Shown here piece by piece: positions 10,674 through 24,192 of a DNA stretch of 64,000 nt; position 1 is the stretch's first letter; every line of letters starts with the position of its first letter. The notes under the pieces were generated by a model that was not told where the DNA came from, did no database searches, and was given only the letters and a program-made list of their open reading frames with translations. Source of the stretch: Euglena gracilis. Taxonomy: Eukaryota. The DNA is taken from positions 48,339,847-48,403,846 of the forward strand of contig CP154954.1 in NCBI GenBank assembly GCA_039621445.1, in the 5' to 3' direction. The translations under genes and the position numbers were made by a program.

Positions 10674-13400
10674 TTACGCACAGGCACGCACGCACACACA
10701 CACACTTACACACACCTTGACCGACAGACAAAAACACACAACACAAAACCCTTTCACTGTAAAAAGTGGTTACCTGCAGCCTGCAACGAAACAGGCACGA
10801 TTTCTTCCACAACCAACAAAACCAACAGCGGAAAATCCAGAGTTGTTGCTCTGAGTGACAAAGGTCCATTAGGAAATGTGAGACAAACATATTTGATACA
10901 AGAACCGGCAAGGACAGCAGGCCTCCAGCAACCATCCCTGGCAGAAAGCAAGAGGGAAATCGCAGCTGGGCAGCCGGCGCAGCTGAGGCCCCTTTCGGCT
11001 GTCTGCCGAGGGGGCTATTGACTTTGTGCACGGGTGAGGATGGCCGTGTTTGAGGTGTGGGCGTGGGTGGATATGTCTATGGATTGGGAGTTTGTGTGCT
11101 TTGTGTGTCTGTGTGTGCCTCAGAGGCTTTTCCAGGACCTGGGGGGGGAGGGGGAGTCAAGACCTGCCCACCCACCCCTGGGGGGCTTGGGGGGGGGGGC
11201 TCGGGAAACCAACTTTTGGGGTCAATTTTGAGGTCCCAAGAAATTGTTTCGTGCCAAAAATAGAAGGGAATCCCACCTTGGGCGGCGTGCTTGGCCCGAC
11301 CCCCTGGGGGGGGTGGACCCACCCACCCAGCCTCCCCTTCCCCCCTGGGTAAGCACACTTAAAAAAAAAGTCTCTGGTGCACATGTGCAATCCATGCGAA
11401 AGGTGTGTGTGGTAAGAGTGCCACTATCATAAGGCGTCAGGCGGGCGGGAGCAGTGGGATCCTCGGCGAAAGCGCAGGGGCTCACGCGGACGATGAGGCA
11501 CCTGGATTTGGACCAGAGACAGCTCAGTGGGTGCAACACTCCCTGTGGTTTGCAGCACTCCCTGTGGTAGCACGGATAATGCTGGATCTAGATGCCTCAT
11601 GCTGAGCGCCAATGTACGGCCATCGGCTGTCGGGCCAGAGTAGGCTGACATCAACAGCTTGGGGGTGTGCTGTGATTGTTGTTTGTTTTTGAAATTGACA
11701 GTTCATTTATGAGTTGGTGAGCAGGGCGGTCCGAAAGGAAAAAAAAAATCTCTCCGCTGCCCAGCACACAGGAAAATGCGCAAAGAAATTTGGCATTCTT
11801 CGGTGACAACAGGTCGACATCAGGGAAAAAAAACTGAATCTTGGCATCCTTGGACCATCGCCCATCCACCCAAATCATCAAAAAATGTGCTTTTTGGACT
11901 TTTTAGTTTGGGACGTTCAGGTCCAGTTTGCCCGAAAGGGGGGCTGTCCGTAAGAAAATAAAAAAAATACTTTCCTGTCCCTTAAGGACCGCCCTGTTGG
12001 TGAACAGAATTTGTGGCTGGGGGTTGGAGGCTTTTGTGCTGATGGCCACTGCGAAATATGGAAACGCCATGGGTGGGTCCATGCTGTGGCCAATCACCTG
12101 CAAACCCCACGCGATATCTTGAGAATATCCGACTGGAATAGCACCTGAACAGATATAAATAGCACATAAACCGACATAGGAAACCTGCACCTCCTCACAA
12201 TTACACCCCCATCCTTCAGCTGGGGGTGAAAACAACGTGGGCCTTCGTTGTCAAAACACGCAAATCAAACTCAAAACCACTCAAAAACTCAAAAAAAGGT
12301 TGAATTGTAAATTCCTCCAGGGGCTCCCAAGGGTGAACACCTCTTTGTGGGAGAGGAATAAATCGTACATCCTCTGGGGAGAATTATTCATAATGGCATC
12401 CTTGTGGAACTTTTCCGGGAACCCACTGAGCCTCGGTTCAAGAAAACACCAACTTATGAAGACTGTTTTATCATCAAACCGGATCCCATAAAATTTGGGG
12501 TTAAAAAACCAAAAACACTTTAAAAATGCCACTTTTTGGCCAACCTTGACCAGTCAAAAATGCACAAAATGCACAAAAAAAATGTGCATTTTTCCAAAAA
12601 AAATGCGCAAAAAATGTGCAGAATCTGACAGGAAGAGCGCAAGTGTCATGAAAATGGAAAACAGCAACAAATTTACAAGAATTATATGGTACTATGACGA
12701 AAATCCAAGCTTAAGAAGTCAAAAATTTTCAAAAATGCAAAAATGCAAAATTATGAAATTTTGTCCAAAATGCACAAAAAAAAGATAAATGACAAAAAAA
12801 ACACCAAAATGGAAAAAATGTGCTGAAAAAATTCAAGGCAAAAAAAAATGCGATAGATTGCACATGATTGGAAATTGCACACAAACGAGAAAACGTTAAA
12901 TGTCACATCCGAAAATGCACAAAACGCCCAACCCTTGGCTCTCAATTTCTGAAAAACTTCGGCACTCGCGCCGAAAAGTTTTTTGGTCCAGCGTGGCCAG
13001 CTTCGCTAGGCTGGCCCCAACTGTGTTTGGGATCAGCAACCTGGCTGGGAGCTGCTCGCTGATAAAAACGTGCTGGCTGACTGGACCCCTCCTCTGTGGG
13101 TTGGGTCTCCGCCGGCTTAAGGAATCCCGGCAAAACAGTTCAATAACCTGTGAAAAGATGTGGGGGAAAAAACCCACTGAGAAAGAATTCATTTATCCCA
13201 ATGTTCTCCGTCATCAAACACGACACAAACAAACAGGCAAGGTTCATTTGCAGGGAATCTCAACAAGCCAGAAAAACACATATCTGACCACCAAAATGTC
13301 ATTGCTGGTGTGACGGCCGGCAAACGGACACCCACGGCATATCGGCGCTGGGGATTCGGTTCGCTGGGTCAGTGGCCATATATGCAGCGAGCACTGCAGT
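5576..13400 (-). CDS. Poorly resolved multi-exon gene of unknown function
   Basis: Exon-like blocks with splice signals: 5893-5576 (terminal, GPHMHTWHMELAR...CPWD*), 6899 to about 6495 (interrupted by a MITE), an exon ending 7361 (phase-compatible, HPQG-VSNLMG), 8042-7965 (GMPFQDNGVGHCKELISFLQMDSSQG). Further GC-rich blocks run to about 13400. Full model not resolved. Confidence 0.35.
6304..6377. repeat. Three tandem 26-bp units, each containing the hairpin CTTAGT-TTGAT-ACTAAG
   Basis: Units start at 6304, 6330 and 6356. Confidence 0.85.
6654..6768. mobile_element. 115-bp hAT-like MITE, probable nonconventional intron
   Basis: TIRs CAGGCTTCT / AGAAGCCTG; TSD GTGGGGGG / GCGGGGGG (7 of 8); interrupts an exon-like block. 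Confidence 0.7.
10633..10710. repeat. (CA)n microsatellite
   Basis: Directly visible. Confidence 0.9.
11722..11996. mobile_element. 275-bp hAT-like MITE
   Basis: TIRs CAGGGCGGTCC / GGACCGCCCTG; TSD TTGGTGAG / TTGGTGAA. Internal motif GGCATCCTTGGACCATCGCCCATCCACCCAAA recurs near 26379, with a weaker match near 30290. Confidence 0.8.
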
Positions 13401-13574
13401 TCAGGGTCACAGACAGAGTTGAAAGTTTGGGGGGGGGGGCACTGGCAGCGGGAGGGTGTGAGCAGTGGCTAGGTTGGTGGAGGGGTGTGGGTGGTTGTCT
13501 GGTTGTGGGTGTGGGCATGGCTGCAGATGTGGGGGGTGATTTTACTGGAATCCTGCAAAATACAATCACTTATT

Positions 13575-13876
13575 CACTGGCCGACCCTATCCCCCCGGGG
13601 GGTGGATGACTGGCTTTTTCAGAGTGACTGATTGGTTTTTGGCTCAGACCTCCCCCCCCCCCGGAGGGGTCAGCAAAAAAACTACTAAAATGACCCAGCA
13701 CCGAAGGTGCAGGAATTTTTTTTGGCCATTTTTTTTCATGTTTTTGGTCAAATTTCCTTTGGATTCTAGAGTGGCCGACGACCCCCCTGGGGTGGGGAGT
13801 GACGGCCTGGTTTCCCGAAAAAAGTGCCGAACTGATTTTTCGAAGAGTGGAGGGAGTCCGGGGGGGGGGGGTCGGT
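13575..13876. mobile_element. Dispersed MITE-like repeat (AAAAAACCAGTCAGTCACT family), reverse-oriented copy
   Basis: Related to 31470-31791, 21205-21345, about 16000-16150 and about 51420-51480; central hairpin GCACC-GAA-GGTGC at 13698-13710. Confidence 0.65.
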
Positions 13877-14210
13877 AAAAAAAATTGTATGTCCTCGAAC
13901 CTGCTACGATACAAAAGAATGAGCAAACTGCCACACTTTTACAATTGGCATTGGCATTTTTCATGTTGCCGAGTGTTTGATTGGTGGAAATTGTTCATGC
14001 GAGACTCAAAACGAGTCTCGCATCCAGTTTGACCCCGTCTATCAAAACACCACACGGCCCGAACTGGTGGCCAGACGCAGGAACGCAGAGCCAGTGTCAG
14101 CGATACGGCCACAGCTGCTGGCAGTCTGCCATTCCGAGCGGCGGCACCATATCCACCCAAGGAGAGCGAGGGAGCATTTCTTGTCCCTTTCGATCCACCG
14201 AGGGGGGGGG

Positions 14211-17200
14211 TCAATTCATCGTTGCCGAGGCACCGGATGGCACACACTGTGAGCAGAAAGGGCAGCCCGGGCAGCTGAGAACGACGACGTAGATATTCCC
14301 GTATGAATCCCCGAACGCCATCTTGGCCGTCAGGCCGCAGGAGAGGCAATACACGGGGGCCTTGGTCGGCGCCATGGAATCACTTATTGATGGAGGGCGC
14401 GTTTCCCAAGCCCAAACCCACCCACCCGCTCCTTTCTTAAACACCCACCCACGCATGACCCAGGGGGTCAACCCACCCACCCACCATCCACCTAAAACCA
14501 CCTGCCCATTGTGCACCCCCCAGCCCCGTGGGCTGGGGGGCAACCCACCCACCCACACAAATCTCCGGAATCCACCTGTGTGACCCCTTCCATCAGGGGC
14601 AGGCCACACAAGTGTTAAATGAGTCCATGGTCTGGAACGAGACCACCTCCTCCCCCGTTTCCGGGTGGAAGATGTACACCGCCCGGTCGTTGCACACCGC
14701 CACAATGTAGCTGTGTGTGGGGGAGGGTGGCAGGGAGGGGGGACTTGCGCCACATTTGCAGGACGGATACAAACCCCTTCCTCAATCTGAACCCTCCCCG
14801 GTGTGCTGTTTGGGTGAATGAGTTGGGTGAATGGGTCGGATATTGGGTGAATGAGTTGTTTGGACGCCTTATCCGCAGGGTTGCTATTGTTGACCTTACT
14901 CGGGAAGCGTGCATTTGAATGGTTCAAAGCAATTCTTACGGTTAAATTTTCCTGCGTGCATATTTGCCGACCACCAACTGTTGTTATGCATTAAGTGTCC
15001 AGAGGGCAGAAAACATTTGCCTTTGAATTTTTTTCCCCAGAGACATCGGTCAGAAAATGATCATAATAATACCCACATCTTTGGGAAACGCTATTGCCAA
15101 AAGCTTCTGCATGTCCACAAACAACAGCATCAGCACCAAGCAGCAGTTGCAGCGTGTGCAGCAGTGGGGGGGGACTGCAGAGTGGGTGGCATGGCGAGGA
15201 CACATACAAGCCAAAGAGTCCCGGCGCGTAAGTGGAGAGGGTCCAGGCGAGCTTCCGCATGGAGCACTTCTTCCCCAGCGGCTGGACGCTGCGGGCAAGC
15301 AGGCCATCCAACCCAAGTCCCCCCCCCCCCTTCTGGTGACTGAATGTGTGGGAGAGGTCTGAGGGCACCGCGGGGGGGGGGGGGGGGCACAAGCCCACAC
15401 AGGTACACATACAGATCTGATGCAGTTCTGAGGCACCAGGCCTGCATGAGGCCAGCCAGGCCACGCGCAGGCCTGGCCTCCTGGCGTGGCCAGGGGGAAA
15501 GCACAGGCGTGTGGTGAAAGGTGTGCACGAGCGCCCTCGGACCGTCTGCAGGGGTCCAAATGAATGGAGACGGGACGGCGACGTTGGAGCCTCGCGCTCG
15601 GGCATCCCGCTTTTCTTTCCGCCAAGAAAAGGAAAAAGTCTGCTGCTTCCCTGTTTGCTGTCAGCTAAAATAAAATCCTCCCCCCAATGAGACCCCCCTG
15701 CCCATTTTCAGCAAAAAATCCAAATGGTGGAAAGATCAAAAATAGACCCCCTCAAAAATTATGAAGCCGCCCCAAAGGGGTTTTTTTTTGACATTTTCAT
15801 TCTCCATTTTTCGCTCGTGCCAAATTGGCACCTTCTGGGACAGTTTGTGTGCATTGCTGAATATCCTGCTCTTTGGGCATATATTTTGGACCCTCCAGCG
15901 AGAAAGTTTTTTCGGTTGAAACTTTCAGCAAAAAAAAAAATAGAAAATAACAACACCAAAGTGCACACCTGGGGTCTTATATATTTGGAAGAGGGTTGTC
16001 AATAACCCCCGGGGAAGCGGTCGGTTAAATTACGACGCCATCAGGCGTCTGTGATGGTTGGGCCACTGTCGGCCACTTCTGCAATAACCCACCCCCAATT
16101 AGGGGTGGGTTATGACTTCAAAAAAAAAACCAGTCAATCACCCCTGGCCTGGGGGAGGGGGCACACAAATGGCATGGCCTTACCCCAACGGAGACACCGG
16201 GGGATGGACACCTGTTGACCTCGAACATGCGAGTGCAGAGCCCGGTCTCCACGTCCCACACGTGCACGATGCTCTCGTCGTTGGACACCACGCTGCGGCC
16301 GTCTTGAGAATACGTGCAGGCGAGCACGATGCCCCGGTGGCCCCGTAGCACCCGCCTGCCGGGGGTGGGGGAGGAGCTGATGGCCGGGTACTCCGCCCGA
16401 AGGTCATGCACGTCTCTGACCGCAGAGTGGGTTTTGCATTCACGAGTATCAGAGAGGCTGTGAAGCACAATGTGATTTTGCCGAAGTCAAAAGTCAAGTC
16501 AAGTCCCATTTACAACTTGCCTGGAGAGGACCGGGAAGCGGGGGAGAGGGCAGGCAGGGGCATACAGGGTTTGGCCGGTGGTGGCGGACCAGATGCGAAG
16601 TGTTTTGTCCGCGGCGGCAGAGCAGATGCACTCGCCATCTGGTGCATATGACACCGCGACGATGATGCCTGCGGTGCACGCGACCCACATGGATGGGACC
16701 GACAAAGCATGTGTTTGAATGCCAGCCTTTTCCAAAATGTGACACGCTTTTCAATTTCAATCTTGTAAAGCTTTTGCTGATTTTCTGCTACAAAGAAGCT
16801 GTAAATCTTTTTAGAAACCCTTTGCCCTCTACAAAAAAAAGCAAACATCTCCTCCTTATGAATGTGGAATGATCACGACGAATCTTCCAAGGTTAACTTT
16901 TCCAGAAATTTTCTCTAAATCAAAGACCTGGTTTGGCAGCTGATAGTTTTCTCAAGTGTGCAATTACCACGTTGATCTGTTGTTGCTCCTTAACTCAGCC
17001 CACAACCAGACCCGCCATTGTCTCCTTTGTTTATGATAAGCCTCACCCTTGTGGCTCACCATGAAGAAACAAAATCACCCACCATAACCAACCCGGTGTC
17101 CCCTTCTAACTGCACGCAAGGCCGCATTCATTCCACCAAAGATTCCAAGTGGGTGAGAGTTTCAAACCCGAACTCTGCTGGGAGAATTTTGAGGTCACAA

Positions 17201-20200
17201 AATTCAATCTTCAAATTTTGAAATGATGGGAAACCGATGGAAGTGGGCCAGTGGCCTGACATCGCCCAGTGGCCTGACATTAAGTTTGTGAACACCGGCA
17301 GCTCGGGTGAACCATGTCATCGCCATTGCCCAGGTTCAGACCCCCCCAGGGGGGACAGACAAAACGAACAAAACAGCATTTTTATTGCATACACATTCAC
17401 TTGGACCAGCACACAAACCTTCATGCTCAGTGTATGCCAGCACCTCACGCCGCTTACGGATGTCCCATTTGCGACAGATTTTGTCCTGACAGCCTGCAAA
17501 AGGGAGGCGGGCGACGTCGTCTGAAATGCACACCAACACGTACGTACGTTCGCAACGATATGCCCTCAGGATGGCCAGGCTGCCACGGTCCAGAAACAAC
17601 AGGGAGAGGGAGAGCCGGCGGGCTTGTTGTACAGCGGTGGGGGGCCAGAGCGGAGGCGGAGACCTGAGACAACGTACTTCCCGTCGCGGGAGAAACAGCA
17701 GCACAGCACCACCTTCTCGTGGTCGAAGACGGAGACCTGCTGGCCGATGACGGCGTCCCACAGGATCATGGTGTTGTCCCGGGAGGTGGTGGCCAGGAAC
17801 TTGGAGTCCAGCGAGAAGCAGGCGCTGATGACCGTGTCCTGGAGGGCACAGAAAGAAGCGCAGTGGTACAAAGAAGGGGCTGGGCCGCTCGCTCTGCGGT
17901 CTTTCTGCTCGCTATTGCACGGTCAGCTTGGTCGGCAGTGCTGGCCCTGGGCCAGTCGGACCTTGTCAACTATGGCAACGCAGCTGGCTTCCAGGGGGGG
18001 GGGGGGAGCCAATCCCAATGTTTTCCAAATCGACGCTTCGCAATTCCCTCATGGAGTCAATGGCAAAACCTTGGCGGACAGATGCAACACGCATTGCATG
18101 TCCTAAATTGCAAGGAAGGGGCTACACCTCGTGGCCAAAGAAGGACAGGACCTCCCGGCCGGTGTAGATGTCGTACATCACGATGGCTGTGTCCTCGTGG
18201 GCGCACGACACATAATGGTTTTCGCTCGGGGTCAGCGTGGTACACTTCACCCGGCTGGGGGCGGCACCACACCTCGGGGTGAGACGATCACACCTCCCTC
18301 TGGAGCATTCCGATCCAAACAGCATCATCATCGGATTCTTCACTCCTGAAGGAAACACAAAATCCTCACAACAAACAGAAATGGTGGGGACAAACAACCT
18401 CGAAGCAAAGACTGAAGAACTTGACAGAGAAACCCCAAAGACAGGATGCCATCCACTTTGCATGCCAATCTCGGCACCATGCTCTCGTGGTGGGCAACAT
18501 TGGGTGCGTTGTGTGTTTAAGTGGTGTGTGTGTGTCTGTGTGTGTGGCATGTGGATGATAATGTTGTGAGCGCCCGCGTGCTCCTCGACATGCAAATACA
18601 TAACCACACACACCGCCACCACAGAGGTGGCCATCCCCCCTTCGGCCCCTTTCGCCCCATTGCGGGGGGTGGTGCCGGGCGGCGTGGCCCAGCAGCGTAT
18701 ACTGGTCGTAGTGGCGGATGCGGCGCTCCTCGAGGCGGCGGATGTGCAGGAGCTCGTCCAGCCGCGACACGGACCGCCCCGGCGCCGCCGCCGCCTGCAC
18801 GATGGCGTCGTCCAACACCGACTCCATGGCGATGCAGAAGTCCCCGAACTGGAACACCGGCAGGGCCCGGCCTCGCCCCTCGGCGCATGTGCCACTGCGG
18901 TTTGGGGCAGGGATGGTGGTACCACGCCACGCCACGCCACGCCACGCCACGCCACGCCAGACCACATCACACCACACCACGGCACGACACACGGTACCAC
19001 ACCACACCGCGCCGCGCCACACCGCTCCACGCCACGCCACGCCACGCCACGCCACGCCACGCCACGCCACGCCACGCCACGCCACGCCAGACCACATCAC
19101 ACCACGCCACGGCACGGCACACGGTACCACACCACGCCACGCCACGCAACACCGCGCCACGCCACGCCACGCCACGCCACGCCACATCACACCACAACAC
19201 ACCACACACCTTGGGGGATGGAGAGGTGGCGATATAAACAGTTACGTGCCACACACGAGCCAACTAGTGCACGCGATGCAACGCAATATTACTTTGTCCA
19301 GGGTGATTGGTGTTGTCACGTTGCAAAGTGATCAACAGATGCACCCTGACTTTAAAAAACCAGAATTGAATAGATGTGAAAAGCACAAAGCCTCCGGATA
19401 TGACACAGGCAGGGCCCTGCCCATGCCCCCCTCTTCCTTCGCCTCCACCTTTTTGGTTGGCTTGCGAGTCTTCTGGAACGCCGGCTTGGCCAGCTTCTTG
19501 GGCTTCTCTTTCGGCACCGACACCACGAAGTCCGCCGCGCCACCGCGCCGGCCACGGACCCCCCAAACGAGTTCCGTCTTCCGGGTTTTGCCGAGAGGAG
19601 CGGTTGGACCCCCTCCCAGCAATGGATAGCATGAACAAAAATCCATCCACCTCACCCCAAAAAACCAATCATCAATATACACACACACATATATACACAT
19701 ATATGCATATTGATATATATATTTATATATACACATTTACACACTTATGGACACTGCGCGAGACTTTTTAGACCGAGAAAATTGAAAAAAAAGGACCCTG
19801 CATTTGGCGAATGAAGGGAAAATCAACCCCTGGGCGTACGCACTGGATCCCAATTGACAAACAAAGGAATCGGAACCCCTCCCAGGGGGATGGCTAAGCT
19901 GTGCGCCAGTTTTCAAGCATCGGATCTCTCAAAGTTGGGGGGGGGGGCATTAGAACGGCTGAGGTTGTTCCACAAAACCCCTCGCCGTGACCCAAAACAG
20001 CCCCCTTTGCCACGCAGATGCACAGCCCGCCCCCGAGGCACAGCAGCGGCCCCCATACTGGAAGAGCTCGCCCAGCACCACCTGAAGCTCCCCCGACGTC
20101 TCCCCCTCCTCCGACTGGCCCGCCTCGCTCTCCCTCTCCTCCGCGGTGAAATTTAGGGCCGGCCACATCCAGCGGTCGGGCGATATCACTGCCCATGGGT

Positions 20201-20261
20201 TCCTCGCCCGAAAAAGAGAGCCCTCGGTCAGCAGGTGTGATTCAGCGGTGTCAAGCGACAT
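14211..20261 (-). CDS. WD40-repeat protein
   Basis: Exons about 20261-20064, about 19611-19423, 18855-18681, 18256-18128, 17838-17664, 17493-17419, 16668-16566, 16355-16212, 15288-15208, 14710-14633, 14367-14211 join in frame. Repeats include LLGHASRVKCTTL..., [94 protein letters not shown]; C-terminal AFGDSYGNIYVV. Start and first junction less certain. Confidence 0.88.
14373..14629. mobile_element. CATGG-terminated MITE acting as nonconventional intron 14368-14632 in the WD40 gene
   Basis: TIRs CATGGAATCACTTA / TAAATGAGTCCATG; N3/N5 excision gives EEVVSFQ-TKAPVYC; same family as 42512-42789 and 51621-51900. Confidence 0.75.
18257..18680 (-). other. Nonconventional intron (WD40 gene)
   Basis: 5' GCC-CGGCACCAC ... 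GTGGTGCCG-CCCCC 3'; no GT donor; join gives the WD-type GHA-SRVKC. Confidence 0.8.
18856..19422 (-). other. Probable nonconventional intron containing a (CCACG)n microsatellite (18921-19210)
   Basis: 5' GGG-CAGGGCCC ... GGGCCCTG-CCGGT 3'; join EEGGM-FQFGDFC. An in-frame GT-AG alternative also exists. Confidence 0.6.
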
Positions 20262-22276
20262 TGCGATGTGCAGTAATCCCCTCGGTCGACACATTGGACA
20301 CAGCAGACGCACCGCTGACACGACGGTGGTGTAAAGCAAGGTAGGTGTCATTCGAAGGGCAAAAAATAAACAGCAGCAAGGGTGTCACTGAGCCATTTAA
20401 CCATTTAAAGCCAACCCAGGGTACCGCTTAACGTCGGGCGGCTGGTCGAAATTGACCAATGGGGTTGACCAGATCCTAGGCTGAAAGAGGTTGTTGGCTA
20501 GCCCCCCCCCCGTTCCCCTTTGTCTGGAGCTCAAACAGCGTAACTCGCACTAATTTTCCTTTGTCAGTGTGCGCATTTGTGCAAATGGACAGTTTTGACA
20601 TTTTTCACAAAAATGACAATACCTGACTCACAAAACCCAAACATTTAATCAGGATGTGATGTGGTGCCCCAGGACGTAGAGATGAAAGCAGGGATCAGAT
20701 AGGTGTCGCCACAGCTTACGGGGTGCACAATACCCAGCCAGAAACTTCACGTGTGTGCAACTTCACGGCCATGCCATTTAGGCGATTCGGCATTGCTACA
20801 GTCTGAAAATCCTTAAGTGGGCTGAAATTGCTGTGTTTAGGGAGACATATGTGATGCAGCACCCTGACATGGTTTATTTGACCTTCTCAGACATACCACA
20901 CAACATCAGCACAACACCTGCACACGCTGCTCTTCTCCTAACTTTTACTCGCAGTTCTCAGTTTAACTTTACTCGCAGTTCTCACTGTGGTTTTTATGTA
21001 TTTTTGGTAAAATATTCACTTTGGGGAGGTCAGCCCTGGGGGTTTCACAGCTCGGCGACGGGTTTTGGAGAGTCAAGGGCACCATAAATGTACACTGAAA
21101 CCAGGTGCCACCGCTGTGAAAATGTGAACATCAGCAAATGGAGGGATGGCATGTTGCAAAGCAGCTCAAACACACCGGACCCTACCGTGCCACTGCTGGA
21201 CAAGGCCATAGCATTGCTTACTGACCGCCGGGCGGAAGGGGGGGGTCACTTTTCACTTCCAAAAAACCAGTCAGTCACTTGGCAAAAACCAGTCACCCAC
21301 TTCCTAACCTCCCGGGGGGGGGGGTCACCATGGCAACAATGGTGTGACCCCCTAAAACAAAAAATGCGCACACCGACAGAAAAATACGTTAGCACAATGC
21401 TTGATTGGAGCAATACCCTGTACGGAAATTCAAGCAGGGGGAAAAAATGTCAAATGTGGATAAATTTGCTTCGAAAGAAGCCCAATTTCCGTAAGATTTT
21501 GGAGGTTTAAACACTCTTTTGTGCAATTGTGCAAACAACTTTTTGTTTTTGTTGCGCGATTGCGCAAGTGACACAGTTAATTTATCCTCACTGGGACCAT
21601 TTCCTGCGTGATTCTTTGGCTTATTCGAAATGGATTCCTGATAAGATGCCATCTGCCATGTTCCCCTGAAACTAAACAGAGAAAAACGGAACCTCCAAAG
21701 CGAAAGTGCGGGAATGTGAAATGTGGAAATAAACATAAATGAGCTGAGAATGGAAAAATTGACAACGAATAGCACTTCCTGCGATGTGGAAGTTTTCATT
21801 TTGACCAAACTTGACAGAAAGCCATTGCATGTGCACTTTTGTATATTTTGAAAAAAGTGCCAGATTTGGGTTGGGTTGGGCTGGGCGGGGGGGGGGGGCG
21901 ACCGTCAGCTGCACGGGACCAGTGCACTGGCCGCGGGGCCCCTCTCCGCGGGGAGGGCATGGCTCTGGGCGTGGGACTGGACAACCGCCTCCTTACTGAT
22001 CCACCCACATCCCATGAAAAGGCAGCCGCGGGCGACAGGCTGCGAGACGGGAGGGGGATGGGGACAGGCGAGGGGGTTGGATGGATGGGGGGAGGGGTTC
22101 GAGGCTTGGGGGGGGGGGGCGTTGCTGCGTCGCGAGAAAGCCGCCACCCTAAGCAGACCAAAGCAGGCATGCACCCCCTGGGGGGGCACAAAGCTCACAC
22201 AACAAACGCGCGCGGCTCTCGGGGACAGCAGCGATACGCGCCGGGAACGGCTCGACCCGGCTCCTTTTTGCCACCC

Positions 22277-22389
22277 CAGGGTTGTATGGGAAGCTCCGCA
22301 GACATGAGGTGGGTGGTGGGGGGTCCCCCCCCCCTAGGGGGGTAAGGTGGTAGGGGGGGGTCCCCCCCTCGGAGATTCATACAACCCTG
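22277..22389. mobile_element. 113-bp TIR element, possible nonconventional intron in an unresolved gene (about 21900-28500)
   Basis: Perfect 12-bp TIRs CAGGGTTGTATG / CATACAACCCTG; no TSD left; flanks look exon-like but strand and frame are undetermined. Confidence 0.6.
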
Positions 22390-23267
22390 ACGCGGAGAGA
22401 GTTACCGCCTTTGGCACCCTTCCCACCTGTCCACTGCCAGTGGGGTTGAGTTCCGATGAACCCTCTGAAGAAGGAATTATTGACATGTATCGCCCAACCC
22501 ATCCTTCTGGCGGTGGGGATGCGCTTCTGTTTGGACCCCATTTTGCTGATATCCATTGATTTCCTTTAGAAACCCCATGAAACTGGGGGGCGCATTTGTA
22601 GTGGACCGCCGCCTTTGGCAGCCGAGGATTCGCTGTTATTTGGACCGCTGTAGCGACCCCGCACTTCTATTGGGGGGGGCGAGTTTAGGGCTTCCACCGA
22701 GCCCCCCCCCCCTGCCTGAGGGGGGTTAAGGGGACCCAACCTCATGAGAAGTGTTTCAAAATTCGATGCCCTGTCTATTGAGGTGAAATTATCCAGCATG
22801 GCTTCTGGATAATTTTGGTCGGTTTGGGGGGGGGGTCGGTTTTGGGTTCCAGCTCGGAGTGCCCAGGCAAACCTCCCATGTTTGGACCCCGGCGCCTTCG
22901 GTTCTGAAGGAGGGGGTGGGGCAATCAAAAGCGCTAAACCAGATCTACAAACAAAACCAGATCTACTGGGGTCGAAAATGCCTTCACCTCGCCCGAGCTG
23001 AGACCTAAACAGGTGCCACAAAATCGAAGAACAAAAATTCCCCCAAACAACAGCCAATTATGCAAAAAAGTCAATTGACCCAACGTTTGCCTTGGCCAGC
23101 CCATTTCCGACCCATTTCGCCAATTTTGGCCCATTTCTGCACCCCCGAAAGCGAAAAATTTGCTACCATTCAGCTGCCCTTCGGGCGGCTGCAAAATAAT
23201 CAGAACTCGTCGGGGGAGAGGAGTATAGGGCTGGAAAATGGCAGCTGGCTGGAAAACGGTCCATGAC

Positions 23268-24192
23268 CAGGGTTTCCCACTGATTCGTACTTGGGGACTC
23301 CCTTGCCCATTCGTACTTATTCGTACTTATTTGTACTTATTCGTACTTATTCGTACTTCAAAAAAGGGCCATGAAGAGCAATAGGTGACCATTTGGTATG
23401 CTTCCTTGGGCACATCTTCAACGTTCTGAAACCGGGAAAAGCAAGGAAAACAGGTCATTCACTTGAGAAACTATCTAAGTGACGAACTCATGCTGACGAA
23501 GTTTGTGGGGAAAAAAATCGCGCCGTGAGAAAAAAATACAAAACATTACAGATGTTGTCCAGCATGCCATGCACGAACAAATACTCAAGATGAAACGAGC
23601 GGATCGTTCAATGGTGTGCAAAGCGTTGTTTGCAGTTACCATTGCAAAACATGCCAACGGCTGCTTGCCGAAGGTTAGATGACATGTGTTGGCGGTTTTT
23701 GATATCAATCAGTCCTGCCAAACTGAAAGACCGTTCAGACCAGGGCAATTCAATTTTGTGAGCCACGCTTTCTTCCCGCTCAAGGATTTCCTTATGCACG
23801 CAATGTGTGTGGTATACACTCTGTCCCCTCTTTCACACTGCCATGTACAGATGTGCACTTTCGGGTGAGTCCCCTGATGGATGGATGGTCTAACTTGTTG
23901 ATGGGCAAACCTAAAAATTATTTTCGGAGGGAAAGGAGGACATGAGGCGTCCTGCAGCGTAAGATATGCATCACATACAGAGAAGTGTGAGGGGCCCTTC
24001 AATTCAGTGCAATAGTGAAGAAAATTGTACCTTTTTCTACTTGGCAATTCGTACTTATTCGTAACTGGGGAATTTTTCATTCGTACTTATTCGTACTTAT
24101 TCGTACTTATTCGTATTTTGGCAGATCTCGGCAATTCGTACTTATTCGTACTTATTCGTACTTATTCGTGTACGAATCAGTGGGAAACCCTG
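23268..24192. mobile_element. 925-bp non-autonomous TIR transposon with 7-bp TSD
   Basis: Perfect 23-bp TIRs CAGGGTTTCCCACTGATTCGTAC / GTACGAATCAGTGGGAAACCCTG; TSD CCATGAC (23261-23267, 24193-24199); subterminal (TTATTCGTAC)n arrays at both ends. Confidence 0.9.

Noticed and set aside
18122-19629. Long ORFs rich in RHATP/AWRGV (similarly HT/CV-repeat ORFs near 45250, 53950 and 56900)
   Set aside because: Stop-free microsatellite translations inside introns.
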